64,000 nt of DNA, taken from positions 14,110-78,109 of the forward strand of contig JAYTOU010000051.1 in the NCBI GenBank assembly GCA_043747615.1. Reading direction: 5' to 3'. Below, in pieces: positions 41,255 through 50,927 of this stretch. This stretch comes from Myxococcales bacterium (GTDB lineage: Bacteria > Myxococcota_A > Polyangia > Polyangiales > Polyangiaceae). Within the stretch, counting starts at the first letter, position 1, and each line of letters starts with the position of its first letter. A program made the translations under genes and the position numbers. Under the pieces are notes generated by a model. That model saw nothing but the letters and a program-made list of their open reading frames with translations. It searched no databases and was not told the origin of the DNA.

Positions 41255-42244
41255 TCAAGGCTCGGGCGGCGAGTCTCCGATTTCCAACGAGAGCCCGAAG
41301 AGCTCGTCGCCGTCTCGTTCGGCTACGCGGACGACGCGCCCTTCGAAGGGAATCTGCAGGACGCTGTCGGCGCCGATTACTCCCGTCACCGTGGCACCGA
41401 GCTTCAAGATGCCGCGCTGCGCGCGATCTCGGAGGCGAATCCCCATACCAATCTCGCTGTAGTTGATCGTTTCGAATGCGAATGAGATCCCGCCGCTCCA
41501 GACTTGGACGGGAATCGCCCCTCGAACTCGAACTGCCGCGCGTTGACTCGCATCGTGAAGGAGGACGCGAGCCAGACCACGCTTCCGCGGCACGCCGTAC
41601 GTTCTATGGGAGGGGAGCTCCATCGCCGAGAGCGTGCCGCCGTAGACGCATCCGGTGTCGAGGTTGATTCGGTTCGGAGAGATCTCCACATTCGGAACGG
41701 GCGTGTGGCCGTGGACAATCACCTTCTCCCAGGCGAAGCGGCTGCTTAAGAATTTTTTCCGCGTCCAGAGCATCTCTTGCCAGGACTGGTCCAGATTGAT
41801 GCCTGAGAGCGGCTCGTTTGGCACCCCGGCGTGTACGAAAAAGTGGCTCGCCGTGTCGTGCGAGAGTCTCAGAGCCTTGAAGAACTCGAGGTGCGCCTTC
41901 GGGATTCGATAGGCCCCATTGGGTTCCGCGTAGGAGGCCAACGTCGCGCCGCCGCCGTTGAAGATGAAGCGAGCGACTCGTTGCTCGTCTTGCCCATCGA
42001 GAAAATCGAGGAGCATCGACTCGTGATTTCCCATCAGCGTGACGACTTCGTTCGTCTTTCGCAACTCGATGATGCGCTCGACGACCGCGCGGGAGTCGGG
42101 GCCGCGGTCGATGTAATCCCCAAGGAAGACGACCGTGCTGCCTGGTGCGAGCGGCAGGATTCCAAGAAGCTCGTCGAGCTCTGCGGCACACCCGTGAATG
42201 TCACCGATGGCGAACACGCTGGCAGCGCTCTCGGGTTTCAGCAC
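41255..42244 (-). CDS. PPP-family metallophosphoesterase fused to a PilZ-like domain
   Basis: GDIHG, GDYIDRG, GNHE, HAG, HGHTP, DTG; C-terminal RAAVR...NYSEIG (RxxxR, [DN]xSxxG). Confidence 0.88.
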   Translation of the reverse strand: MLKPESAASVFAIGDIHGCAAELDELLGILPLAPGSTVVFLGDYIDRGPDSRAVVERIIELRKTNEVVTLMGNHESMLLDFLDGQDEQRVARFIFNGGGATLASYAEPNGAYRIPKAHLEFFKALRLSHDTASHFFVHAGVPNEPLSGINLDQSWQEMLWTRKKFLSSRFAWEKVIVHGHTPVPNVEISPNRINLDTGCVYGGTLSAMELPSHRTYGVPRKRGLARVLLHDASQRAAVRVRGAIPVQVWSGGISFAFETINYSEIGMGIRLRDRAQRGILKLGATVTGVIGADSVLQIPFEGRVVRVAERDGDELFGLSLEIGDSPPEP

Positions 42245-42401
42245 GTTGGGTCAGCGTAGCGCGGCAGGACGGTGCGCAGTACGACAAACGTGGCTACGAG
42301 GCCGGGCGGTCCTGCAAAATCGCTCACTCTACGCGAAACACGCTCCGGGAGATTATCCAGGAATCGGCGGGAAGTATCGTCGTGAGCGATCAGCCGCGAA
42401 G

Positions 42402-43322
42402 CTAGAGGAAGACGGTGCGGCCGCACGGCACGTCGATCATCTGCGAGGGGTGGGCGGGGGTTTTTATCTTGTGCGTTCCGCACGCGAGGTAGAGCGCGCC
42501 GCCGATCACCTTTCGCGGCGTGCCGTCGACCAACACTCCCCTGACGGAGAGCGGAACGCGCAGAACGCCGATCTTGTCGGAAGACGTTCGCCCAGGACCG
42601 GGCTTCACGACGGTCTTCGGGCGCGCTGGTGACGGCTTGGCGACGGAGGCAACGGGGGCCTCGGGCAGGGCCGGTTCGTCATCGATCGCAGGCGGAACGG
42701 GAGGGAATGGCGAGCTCGTGACGGGGCCTGATGGTCCAGCGCGCAGGTCGTCCTGCGTGTGCTCCTCCGACCTCGGCGCCCTCATCGCAACGACTCCCAG
42801 AATCAGTGCTCCAACGACACCGCAAACCGCGATCGCCGCGAGAAGCTTTCGCGTCGAGCCTGGGGCCGGAATTCCCGCAGCCATTCGGACTTGAACGGTT
42901 GACTCGGCGGGCGCGCGTGTCCGAGCCTCGACCCGAGGCGGAGCGCTCGGAAGAGCGAACGGATCTGCGTCTACCGTCGGAAGTAACGGCATGTCGAAAG
43001 ACGCCGGCGGGCGGAGAGATCTCGGGGGCGGGACCGTGGGGGTGCGCGCCGGAACGACCCCTTGCGGCGCGCGCGCTGAGCTCAGAGGAGCCTCGCCCGC
43101 CATTGCAACGACGTCGACCGGTTCGATCTCCTGGGTTCCGCCCTCGGCGTGGAAGCCAACGGACAAGATATCGGCGCCCTCGACTTCCGCGGTCTCCTCG
43201 GCGCTGGGGGTTCGCGATGAGGCAATCGAAATCGTGCGATCGGCTTGCGGCAGCTCGTTGGTGCTGTCTCCGTCGTAAGACGGAAGTCCGCGCGGGGCAC
43301 GTTTGTCCGACACAGTCGTCAA
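42402..43322 (-). CDS. Pro-rich single-TM hypothetical protein
   Basis: Disordered Pro-rich halves around a TM helix; short C-terminal beta domain (VLVDG...CGTHKIK...VPCG). Confidence 0.65.
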   Translation of the reverse strand: MTTVSDKRAPRGLPSYDGDSTNELPQADRTISIASSRTPSAEETAEVEGADILSVGFHAEGGTQEIEPVDVVAMAGEAPLSSARAPQGVVPARTPTVPPPRSLRPPASFDMPLLPTVDADPFALPSAPPRVEARTRAPAESTVQVRMAAGIPAPGSTRKLLAAIAVCGVVGALILGVVAMRAPRSEEHTQDDLRAGPSGPVTSSPFPPVPPAIDDEPALPEAPVASVAKPSPARPKTVVKPGPGRTSSDKIGVLRVPLSVRGVLVDGTPRKVIGGALYLACGTHKIKTPAHPSQMIDVPCGRTVFL

Positions 43323-43556
43323 TCTAGCGCACGCATCATGGACCGCGGAGTAGATGTCCGCCCCGTCCGTTCTTGATCACGAAATAAGTGACTCCAATGT
43401 GCGCGCAGTCGGTGCCTGTCTCATCTTTTTCGTGCCGACACGGAGTTCTTCGTTCGTAGCGAAAGCGCGACGATTTTGGGTGGATTTCGATCGATCGTGC
43501 TTCTCGTGCATGGGAGAACGCAACCGTTGCACGCGCCACGAGACGGAGATCGCTCA

Positions 43557-44324
43557 ATGAGAATTCGATTCGGCTTCCTCAGATGGCTTGGTCAGGTGAC
43601 GTCGCTCATCGTCATCACCAGCGCCTGCGGATCGCCGTCGCTGGACGCTAATGGCCATGCATCGTCCGGAGGCGGCGGCGCGGCCACGGGGGAACCCGGC
43701 GAGCACGTGGGTCCTGGAAGCCCCGGTTACATGGGGGATGCGAGCACCACGAACGAGGGCGGCGTTCGCCCGGGCACCATCGGAGCCCCGATCACGTGCT
43801 CTGCTCCAGGCAACCCGACTCGCGGAGGGAGCTGCGGCAGCGAGCGCTGGAACATCAAGACAGGGACGGACTCCACCGCGAGCAGCGTAAGCCTGGTGCC
43901 GCATTCGACGACGATCGCTACGCTCGACGCGCTCGCCGCGAACGGCGCGGGCACCGCTCGCGAGGCGCAGACCGAGTCGACGCTCTTCGAGCTGAAGGAC
44001 GTAACCCTCACCGAGATCAAGCTGGAGAGCGACAGCGACTACCATCTCGTGATCTCCCAAGGCGGTCACACCATGATCATCGAAGTACCCGCGCCGAGCT
44101 GCTCTACCGGGAGCGCGTGGTCGTGCTTCATCTCGCGAACGCGCTCCGAGATCGATGCAAAGTACAGCGTCGGCGCTTCTCCGCAGTATCCAGCCGAGAC
44201 GATCACCGTGCGCGGCATTGGCTTCTTCGACTATGCGCATGGGCAGACGGGGGTCGCGCCGAACGCCATCGAGATCCATCCGGTCCTCCAGATTTGCTTT
44301 GGCGCCGGCTGCACCCCGACCTGA
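43557..44324 (+). CDS. Lipoprotein with putative OB-fold-like domain
   Basis: GGAG RBS; lipobox TSAC; CGSERWNIKTGTD, ESDSDYHL, MIIEVP, GIGFFDYAHGQ, EIHPV. Confidence 0.75.
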   Translation: MRIRFGFLRWLGQVTSLIVITSACGSPSLDANGHASSGGGGAATGEPGEHVGPGSPGYMGDASTTNEGGVRPGTIGAPITCSAPGNPTRGGSCGSERWNIKTGTDSTASSVSLVPHSTTIATLDALAANGAGTAREAQTESTLFELKDVTLTEIKLESDSDYHLVISQGGHTMIIEVPAPSCSTGSAWSCFISRTRSEIDAKYSVGASPQYPAETITVRGIGFFDYAHGQTGVAPNAIEIHPVLQICFGAGCTPT

Positions 44325-44325
44325 A

Positions 44326-44787
44326 TTAACCGGCGTCCTCGACGAATACGGCAGTGACGGTCTCGAGCGCGCCCGTGTCCTCGTAGCCGAAGCCGTTCAG
44401 GTAAACCTGACCGTCGGGCATGCGTCCTTTGCGTGGCGCCGTCGATCCGTCCGCGTCGCGAATCAGCGACTCCCAGTGGTCGAGCTTCCATCCCGCGGCG
44501 GGCGAAGCTTCCATCAGTGGGGGCTTGAGCTCCTTGAAGGTGACAAGCTTCGGGCCGCACGCGCCGGTGATCTTGATGCCATCGGACGTGCAGTCGAAGG
44601 CGCTGATGCGCGTCTTCACGGAGCCCCGACCAACGATGTGAATTTGAGCGCGCCAAAAGTGGTTGCGGGCCTCGTTGAGCTCTTCCTGTTCCTCTTCTTC
44701 GCTGTCCGAGTGACAGCTCTTGCAGCCGGCTATGGAGCTTGGCAACGCTGCGATGACAATCGCGAACAGGACCTGCTTTACATGCAT
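44326..44787 (-). CDS. Hypothetical lipoprotein (InlB B-repeat-like beta domain)
   Basis: Lipobox IAGC; GRGSV...ASPAAGWKLDHW...VTAVF. Confidence 0.6.
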   Translation of the reverse strand: MHVKQVLFAIVIAALPSSIAGCKSCHSDSEEEEQEELNEARNHFWRAQIHIVGRGSVKTRISAFDCTSDGIKITGACGPKLVTFKELKPPLMEASPAAGWKLDHWESLIRDADGSTAPRKGRMPDGQVYLNGFGYEDTGALETVTAVFVEDAG

Positions 44788-45203
44788 CCGGTCGGGGGCG
44801 TTAGGTGACACGTGAGCCCGGTCGTGTCGCACCAGTAGCCGCCGTAACAACCATTGGGTGTACACGGTTTCGGCGGCGCGCAATGGCAACCCGCCGGGGT
44901 GGTCGGGCTCTTCCAATTCGGGGGGCACGTGGCCGACGAGTCGCCCGGGCTCGTGGAATCGGTGGTGGACATCGTGTCGGCCGCGCCGGCGCCGTCGTCG
45001 GCGATCACGGATTCGTCGCTCGAGGGGCCGCCATCGCCGACCGCCGCGGCTTCAGGCACGTCGCCGTCGGAGGTGGACGTTTCGACCAAGCCGTGTGCGC
45101 AGTTGGCTGTGAGGATGAGGAAGGCAAGGCCCATCGCTGGAGCCGCTCGGCGCACTTTCACGCCCCCTACGTGCCACGGGCCGTTCGACATCGCAACTCG
45201 CAC
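44778..45203 (-). CDS. Small lipoprotein with a C-terminal 8-Cys domain
   Basis: LTANC lipobox-like site, acidic linker, CPPNW..CHC..PC..GCYGGYWC..TC..GC; start uncertain. Confidence 0.6.
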   Translation of the reverse strand: MRVAMSNGPWHVGGVKVRRAAPAMGLAFLILTANCAHGLVETSTSDGDVPEAAAVGDGGPSSDESVIADDGAGAADTMSTTDSTSPGDSSATCPPNWKSPTTPAGCHCAPPKPCTPNGCYGGYWCDTTGLTCHLTPPTGCM

Positions 45204-46048
45204 TAGAAGGTCGTCCCGCCAACGGAGGCGATGACATTCCAGCCAACGTGGTCGCTAACGAGTCCCATGGTGGCCGGTCCGCCGGTGAGGGATCCGAAGA
45301 AGCTCTTGGAGCCGAGAATGGCTTGTGGGCCCGCCGCGAAATCCCAGATGCGCCCATTGGAAAGGTACCTCCGACCGTTCACGCGTGCGCGGACTTGGCC
45401 GTCCATCCCGAGGCGGAAGAGGCGCGTCACGTCGTAGCCGATGCGCAGGCGCGCTTCTTCGTCGACCTCTCCGTCGTCGCCCATGCCCATGCCGGTGACG
45501 GCGTTGAGATCGAAGTGGAAACCGCCCGTCTTGGCGTAGGAGAGGAGAAACCCGGCTTCGACTTCGGTCTCGATTTCACCGGGCTTCGAAGGCGGTGTTC
45601 CTGCGCCGATGGGCTTGCCGTTCCCGAAGCCCTCGACTTTGAATTTGCCGAGGCCGCCGAGAGACCAGCCGTCTGCGTTCTTGCCGAGAATGCGCACGAC
45701 CACGGCTGCCGACGGCGCGAAGTTGCCATAGACGTTGCGCTGCGCGTCGCCGATGAGCGTGAGTCGATCGATAGGCGCGCCCCACATCATGACGCCGCCG
45801 CCGAGGACGCCTTTCTGGCCCGACGCACTCAGGCCGAGCCCATACGCTTGTACTCCGAGCGTCTTCGCCGTCGCTCCGTAAGCGGTATACGCGTAGGCGT
45901 ACGTCGGGACTTCGCTACGCACATCGGGTCTCTGCTCGCCGTGTACCGCATCGGCCAAGGGCTCGACCTCGGCGGCCGCGACAGACGCCCAGGCCAACGG
46001 CGCGAGCCCGCAAAGGCCAGTCATCACCCGCTTGCCGAATGAAGGCAT
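45203..46048 (-). CDS. Hypothetical outer-membrane beta-barrel protein
   Basis: AGGAG RBS before ATG 46048; signal peptide; Gly/aromatic strands; terminal Phe. Confidence 0.7.
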   Translation of the reverse strand: MPSFGKRVMTGLCGLAPLAWASVAAAEVEPLADAVHGEQRPDVRSEVPTYAYAYTAYGATAKTLGVQAYGLGLSASGQKGVLGGGVMMWGAPIDRLTLIGDAQRNVYGNFAPSAAVVVRILGKNADGWSLGGLGKFKVEGFGNGKPIGAGTPPSKPGEIETEVEAGFLLSYAKTGGFHFDLNAVTGMGMGDDGEVDEEARLRIGYDVTRLFRLGMDGQVRARVNGRRYLSNGRIWDFAAGPQAILGSKSFFGSLTGGPATMGLVSDHVGWNVIASVGGTTF

Positions 46049-46083
46049 GAAGTCTCCTAAGCCGGATTGCATGCTTGAACGCG

Positions 46084-47181
46084 TCAGGGGAACGACGTGA
46101 AGAGATCGCTGAAATCGTTCGCGCTCGCTGCGCTGCTCAAGACGGGGACGCCGAGTATTTCTTCTTCGGATTTCAAGAGAGAGCTGTGGGTGTATGCGGC
46201 GGTGCCTTCTCGGCCCGCGACAGCGTTCTTGCCAATCGCGATGAACGGCATGAGGTTCGTCGCGTCGCCTTCGTCCCACGTGATGAAGACGTAGCCGTTG
46301 TGCGCCATCGCGTAGTCGATGATGGGCGGCAGGTTGGCCTGGAGCCAGTCGTCACCGGCCTTGATGTTCCCGGTGACCGAGTTGGCTTGCGGGCAGGCCG
46401 TTGCGCCATGCATGTCGTGGCAGAGGTTTGGCGTGATGAAGTTGTAGGTCGCGACCGTCTTGTTCGAGAGATCTGCGGTCAGTGCGTCCAGCGGCTTATG
46501 ATGACTTGCGCAGCCCGCGTTTGCCGCCGACGGCGGACTGCCGGATACGTCTTGAAAGAAGACGAACGGGTCGTGCTTGGCCGCGTAGAAGCTCGCCCCC
46601 ACGCTGGCGATTGGGCATGTGCCTGCGGTGATCCCTTCTTGGTAGCTCATCCACGAGATGCCCGCCGTCTGCAACTGCGTGACGAGGTGAGCGGCGCTGC
46701 TCGTGCTGTTCGTCGCTGAGGGATCGCTATCCGTAGAGAAGACGTGATCGTTGAACGAATTGCTCCCTGACTCCATCCACACGTAGTGTGGTTCACTCAT
46801 GAGCGCGGGGAGCTCGTCACCGAAATTCGCCGTATGCGGATATGCGACCATCAGCGTTTTGTTGATGTAAGGCGCGTTGACCATGTCGCCGTAAATTTGC
46901 GATTGGGCTTTGTTCTCCATCGGGATGACGAAGATGACTTTGCCGCTCGCGCCGCCGTCTCGCTTGGGCCCGGCCTCGCCCAGTGAGTTACCGTCGGTGG
47001 CCCCGCCATCGGTGGACTCTCCATCGCCACCGGCGGCGGCGTCCCCGCCATTTGCACTGCCACCGTCCGGGTTGAAGCCGGTCTGAGTCGCGCTGCTGCA
47101 CGCCGCGGGTGCGGCGATCGCGATCGCGATAGAGGTGATGATGGAGAGAGTCGGGGTGTGAAGCCTCGGTCGCGAATTCAT
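46084..47181 (-). CDS. Phosphoesterase (acid phosphatase/phospholipase C-like) lipoprotein
   Basis: IFVIPMEN, SEPHY, KHDPF, TPNLCHDMH, GDDWL, ITWDEG, YTHSSLL. Confidence 0.88.
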   Translation of the reverse strand: MNSRPRLHTPTLSIITSIAIAIAAPAACSSATQTGFNPDGGSANGGDAAAGGDGESTDGGATDGNSLGEAGPKRDGGASGKVIFVIPMENKAQSQIYGDMVNAPYINKTLMVAYPHTANFGDELPALMSEPHYVWMESGSNSFNDHVFSTDSDPSATNSTSSAAHLVTQLQTAGISWMSYQEGITAGTCPIASVGASFYAAKHDPFVFFQDVSGSPPSAANAGCASHHKPLDALTADLSNKTVATYNFITPNLCHDMHGATACPQANSVTGNIKAGDDWLQANLPPIIDYAMAHNGYVFITWDEGDATNLMPFIAIGKNAVAGREGTAAYTHSSLLKSEEEILGVPVLSSAASANDFSDLFTSFP

Positions 47182-47421
47182 CTGTCGCGTCCTAGCACGA
47201 GGCAGTGCGCGCGCATGCGCCCCGCGATGCGAAATTACGAATCAGTCGTGAGCTCAACGAAGCGTGCGGATGGAGAAAGCAGACAATTCTGCTCCCACCG
47301 GAAGGCGCTCGAATTGCTGTCAGTTTCGCGATCAACGAACACGAAACCGGACATCCTCCAAAGGTGGAGTTGCTCGGAGAGACGAGTCTGAGGAGAGGGC
47401 AGCGACGGCGGACGCACGTAC

Positions 47422-47709
47422 ATGAGCCCGCCCACCACGTCACGGATCTCGCCGGACGAGACCACGCTCGTATTCATTCTCTACGTGACGGTCACGTTGG
47501 CGCGGGCCGAGAGCGACAGCGACTACCACTTAGGAATTCAAGACTCGACCCTTCGCAAAATGATTGCCGAGATTCTTTATCCCGGTGGTTCGGGGAAATG
47601 CCTCACTACCGGCAATCCTTGGGCGTGCCTCATCAGCCATGCGCGAGCGTGTGCCCGCGCACTTCGAGAAACTGAAAACAATGATCAGAAGCTCGGCTCC
47701 CGGACATGA
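47422..47709 (+). pseudogene. Truncated paralog of the 43557 lipoprotein
   Basis: AESDSDYHLGIQD...MIAEI...PWACLISHARA aligns by eye with ESDSDYHLVISQ...MIIEV...AWSCFISRTRS; both termini are missing. Confidence 0.7.
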
Positions 47710-47719
47710 AAGAGGAATC

Positions 47720-48448
47720 ATGTTTAATCTGAACCGCCTCGCATTCGGTCTACTCGCCATCGTGGGCTGCGGCGGCAACTCCGTCGTTCACATCCAAGGA
47801 TCCGGAGAGGCGGGCGCCGGCGACGACGCTGGCTCGAGCGACGGAAGCACTCAGGACCCCGATGGTAGCGCACCCGGCTCCGACGCGTCGACGGCCAATC
47901 CCGACGACGGTGTGGCTTCTCATATGCCGTGCGTGCAGGCGAACGGCACAGCGGTCACCGGAGCTTTCGGGCGCCTCGACGGCTTTCTCCGCGCGGTGGT
48001 CCTTCCGAACACGGGGTGTGGCGGCGACGCCGACCACGTGCATCTGCGCGTCGAAGCGAACGGCCAGATCTACGATTTTGCGGTGAACATCTATTCGACG
48101 AAACCCCCGGCCTCGGACGTCTTCTTTCTCGCGAAGGACGCTCCGCTTCCGAGCGGCGCTTGGACCGAGGGCTGGCACTCGAGCGGCGTGACCCTGGATT
48201 ACCCGAGTAACCTGAAGGTCACTTCCGGCGACTTCACCCAGACGCCCCGCGCGCAGCTTGCGCCGATGATCGACACTGCGCTCAAGACTGCAAATCACAT
48301 TTCCGTCTTTGCTACGCCTTATTCGGGCGGGACCGGCGGCGACAAGGTGCACCGAACTAGCGGCGGCGGGGACGGCGCCGTCGTCATCAATCCGACGACC
48401 TCCGCTCCGCACTTTCTCCTGTTTCACTTCGTCACGCAGACGTTCTGA
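47720..48448 (+). CDS. Lipoprotein with DUF2278/YukJ-like domain
   Basis: GAGG RBS; lipobox IVGC; DHVHLRV..YDFAVNI, LDY, VH...DGAVV. Confidence 0.6.
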   Translation: MFNLNRLAFGLLAIVGCGGNSVVHIQGSGEAGAGDDAGSSDGSTQDPDGSAPGSDASTANPDDGVASHMPCVQANGTAVTGAFGRLDGFLRAVVLPNTGCGGDADHVHLRVEANGQIYDFAVNIYSTKPPASDVFFLAKDAPLPSGAWTEGWHSSGVTLDYPSNLKVTSGDFTQTPRAQLAPMIDTALKTANHISVFATPYSGGTGGDKVHRTSGGGDGAVVINPTTSAPHFLLFHFVTQTF

Positions 48449-48452
48449 TCGC

Positions 48453-48493
48453 AAATAAAAAGCGCCCTCGTTGCGGTGTGCAACGAGGGGGCG
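48453..48493 (-). terminator. Rho-independent terminator
   Basis: Stem CCCTCGTTGC/GCAACGAGGG with a 5-nt loop, followed on the minus strand by TTTTTATTT. Confidence 0.85.
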
Positions 48494-48594
48494 GTCAACC
48501 TCCGGGACTTGGGCTTTCCGAACGAAGGCCGACTCTTAGGAATGTCCTGTCGATCGCCAAGCGCGTCTTTTTTCTTCAACGCGAGAGACGATTT

Positions 48595-49755
48595 TCACTT
48601 GGGCCGATCGGTATTCGTCGTGACCGGACCCTGCGACCACGTGAGATTGTCGACCAACACGAGCGAGTCCAGCTTCGAGTCGCCCGTGTCCCAAACCATG
48701 AGCTCGAGCGTGATTGTCTCGCCGCCCTTTACCGGAGCGTGGGACGTCAACCAGCCCGTTGCACCGCCCGACGAGTTTTGCTGCAGGTCGCCGCAGCCGT
48801 CGCCGGTGAGCGCCGCGAAGCCCGTGCCTCCCAGCTCGGCGGTGCCGCCGGGGCATGCCGCCGTGGATGGCGAGCCGAGGAATCCTGCGCAGCCGGTCTT
48901 CGTGTTGGGCGTGCACCGATCGAAGAAGCCATTGTTGACGCTGACTGCGTTGTTCTTCGAATCGAAGGAGATGTTGTCCGGCTTCCCACCGTTGAACGCC
49001 GACGAGGTCAGGTAGGCGATAAATCCGTCGTTGAAGGTGGTGCAGACGAACTCGGGCCATTCGCCCGAATGAAAGTTGAAATCGATCTGAAACCCCTGCG
49101 CGTTTGCGGGCACTTTGATCTGGAGCTTGAGGCTGATGACGTCGTGCACGTCCGGAAGGAGCATCGCGCATCCCGCCGCCGACTTCGGAAAACCGGGCGG
49201 AACGGCACCGGAGCCCGTCATCGTTTTCCAGTTGTCTTTGAATAGTGCGGTCGACCCAGAAGCCTCGTCGAACTCGCGTGCCCATCCGCTGCTGAGGACC
49301 CCGAGCGACGCGCCCTCGCGTGGTTTTACCACCGATCCGTATTTCGCTAGAATCCCGTGCTGACCCGCGGCCGGTGCCGCCGTCATGCCGTAGCCTTGCG
49401 TGTACGCCGCCGAGATGACTCCCCAGTGGGTGGCGTCGCCCTTCTGGCAGAGCCCGAGGGCGTTGACGAACGCGTTCGCGTCGCCGGTGACCGCGAGGCC
49501 AGTGTCGCATGTGGGTACGTTGTCGACCTTGCCGTCGGCGTTGTCGTCGCAGCCGTTTCCGGGGACCTCGTAGTTTGCCGGATTCGGTGCGCATGGCATG
49601 GAGCCAGGGCCACCCTCGGCAAAAATGCCGCCGCTGCCTCCGTCGGGGTCTCCGTTCGTCGTGCCGTCGCCGAAGCCGCTCCCCTTCGTGCTGCCGCATG
49701 CATATCCGGCAGAGACGACGACCAATGAGCAGAGCAGAAGACCGGGAGAGCGCAT
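48595..49755 (-). CDS. Choice-of-anchor-L-like Cys-rich lipoprotein
   Basis: Lipobox GYAC; NGCDDNADGKVD; LSSG, FNFHSGEWPEFVC..FNDGF, GGATGWL, WDTGD..LDS. Start 49755 or 49770. Confidence 0.7.
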   Translation of the reverse strand: MRSPGLLLCSLVVVSAGYACGSTKGSGFGDGTTNGDPDGGSGGIFAEGGPGSMPCAPNPANYEVPGNGCDDNADGKVDNVPTCDTGLAVTGDANAFVNALGLCQKGDATHWGVISAAYTQGYGMTAAPAAGQHGILAKYGSVVKPREGASLGVLSSGWAREFDEASGSTALFKDNWKTMTGSGAVPPGFPKSAAGCAMLLPDVHDVISLKLQIKVPANAQGFQIDFNFHSGEWPEFVCTTFNDGFIAYLTSSAFNGGKPDNISFDSKNNAVSVNNGFFDRCTPNTKTGCAGFLGSPSTAACPGGTAELGGTGFAALTGDGCGDLQQNSSGGATGWLTSHAPVKGGETITLELMVWDTGDSKLDSLVLVDNLTWSQGPVTTNTDRPK

Positions 49756-49766
49756 GGCGTGGTTAC

Positions 49767-50750
49767 TCACTTGACCGGGGGAGCTTTCACCGGCGCGCTG
49801 GTGGTGACGCCCGCACCCTTGAAGCTGGTGTTTGCGTAGTTGGTGACCAGGCAGGCCGATCCGTCGTCGTTGTGGATCTCGACGAGGTCTCCCTTGTTCG
49901 AGAACCCATACACCTTGTCATCGTACGCTGCGATTCCGAACATGCTACCAAACGTCGCCGGCGAGGCTGCGTTCGTGCACCACGAACCTTTGACGACCTG
50001 GCCGCGGATGGCCTTGAGAGTGCTTTGGGTTCCCGGCTTCACCTTCGAGACGTCGAGCTCAATCAGGGTGTCGGTGGTGCCGCAGGTCGAGCCGCTCGAT
50101 CCCGTGCAGATGCGGACGGTCGCAAATGCCACTGGATTTCCGCCGTTTGCCAGGAAGACGATGTCGCCAGAGAGCGCCCAAGGATGCCCCCCCGCGTCCG
50201 CGCCGAGCGTGCCGACTTGGGTGGTCGTCCCGGTGGTTGCGTCGATGCGATAGAGGGCGCCGGCGTCGTTGGCGGCGATGAGTGCCTCCTGCGCGTCCAC
50301 CGTATTTTCCGGGGCCATCGTCAGCCCGTAGAAGTTCGTGTTGGACCCCGGGAGCGGCCACGTCGCCGCGCAATGGACCGCGCTGCCCGTGACCTGCAGC
50401 GGATAGGCGCCCGAGCTGCTGACGCCGAAGAGGGCTCCGTCCTTGCTCACGGCGAGGTCGGTCATCGAGCTTGCCCCGCCTCCTTTGCCGATGCAGTCGA
50501 ACTTGCCGATCGGTTTCATGGGAGCGGAAATATTCAGCGGATCGAGCTGGAAAAGCTCAGTGCTAGTGTGGGCATAGAGCACGGTGGCTCCGCCGCCCAT
50601 GTTTCCGCTGCCGGCGTCGATGAATGTCCCGCTGCCGCCATCACCCTGGAATGCCCCGCCATCGGCATCGCCGAAGCCCGATGTATGGGACCCCCCGCAC
50701 GCTGCGAGAAAGATACCGACGAGGCATGCGGAGCTCCATTTAATTCGCAT
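49767..50750 (-). CDS. Hypothetical beta-propeller-like lipoprotein
   Basis: Lipobox LAAC; YAHT, MTDLAV, LSGDIVF, MFGIA, GAGVTT; co-oriented with the downstream gene. Confidence 0.7.
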   Translation of the reverse strand: MRIKWSSACLVGIFLAACGGSHTSGFGDADGGAFQGDGGSGTFIDAGSGNMGGGATVLYAHTSTELFQLDPLNISAPMKPIGKFDCIGKGGGASSMTDLAVSKDGALFGVSSSGAYPLQVTGSAVHCAATWPLPGSNTNFYGLTMAPENTVDAQEALIAANDAGALYRIDATTGTTTQVGTLGADAGGHPWALSGDIVFLANGGNPVAFATVRICTGSSGSTCGTTDTLIELDVSKVKPGTQSTLKAIRGQVVKGSWCTNAASPATFGSMFGIAAYDDKVYGFSNKGDLVEIHNDDGSACLVTNYANTSFKGAGVTTSAPVKAPPVK

Positions 50751-50927
50751 GCCTTCGAAGGTCCGCGATCCGCGGAATTGATCACGAAAAATGCAGTTTC
50801 ACGACGCGTTGCGATTTGTCGTCGATCGAGGCGGGCCACTCCGAACATTGGTTGCACGAATGCCGTTTGCGACTAAAGAATCGAGCGGCGCCGCGGCCCG
50901 CCTTCGCGCGCCGCTCGAGACGAAACG

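Noticed and set aside
48453..48540. Identity with the Myxococcus Pxr sRNA
   Set aside because: There is only a loose resemblance (GGAGGT before a terminator hairpin). It cannot be supported without a covariance-model search, so it is kept as an unnamed candidate.
50849..50866. Sigma-54 promoter upstream of the PLD gene
   Set aside because: It has GG-N10-GC spacing only; the flanking bases match the consensus poorly.
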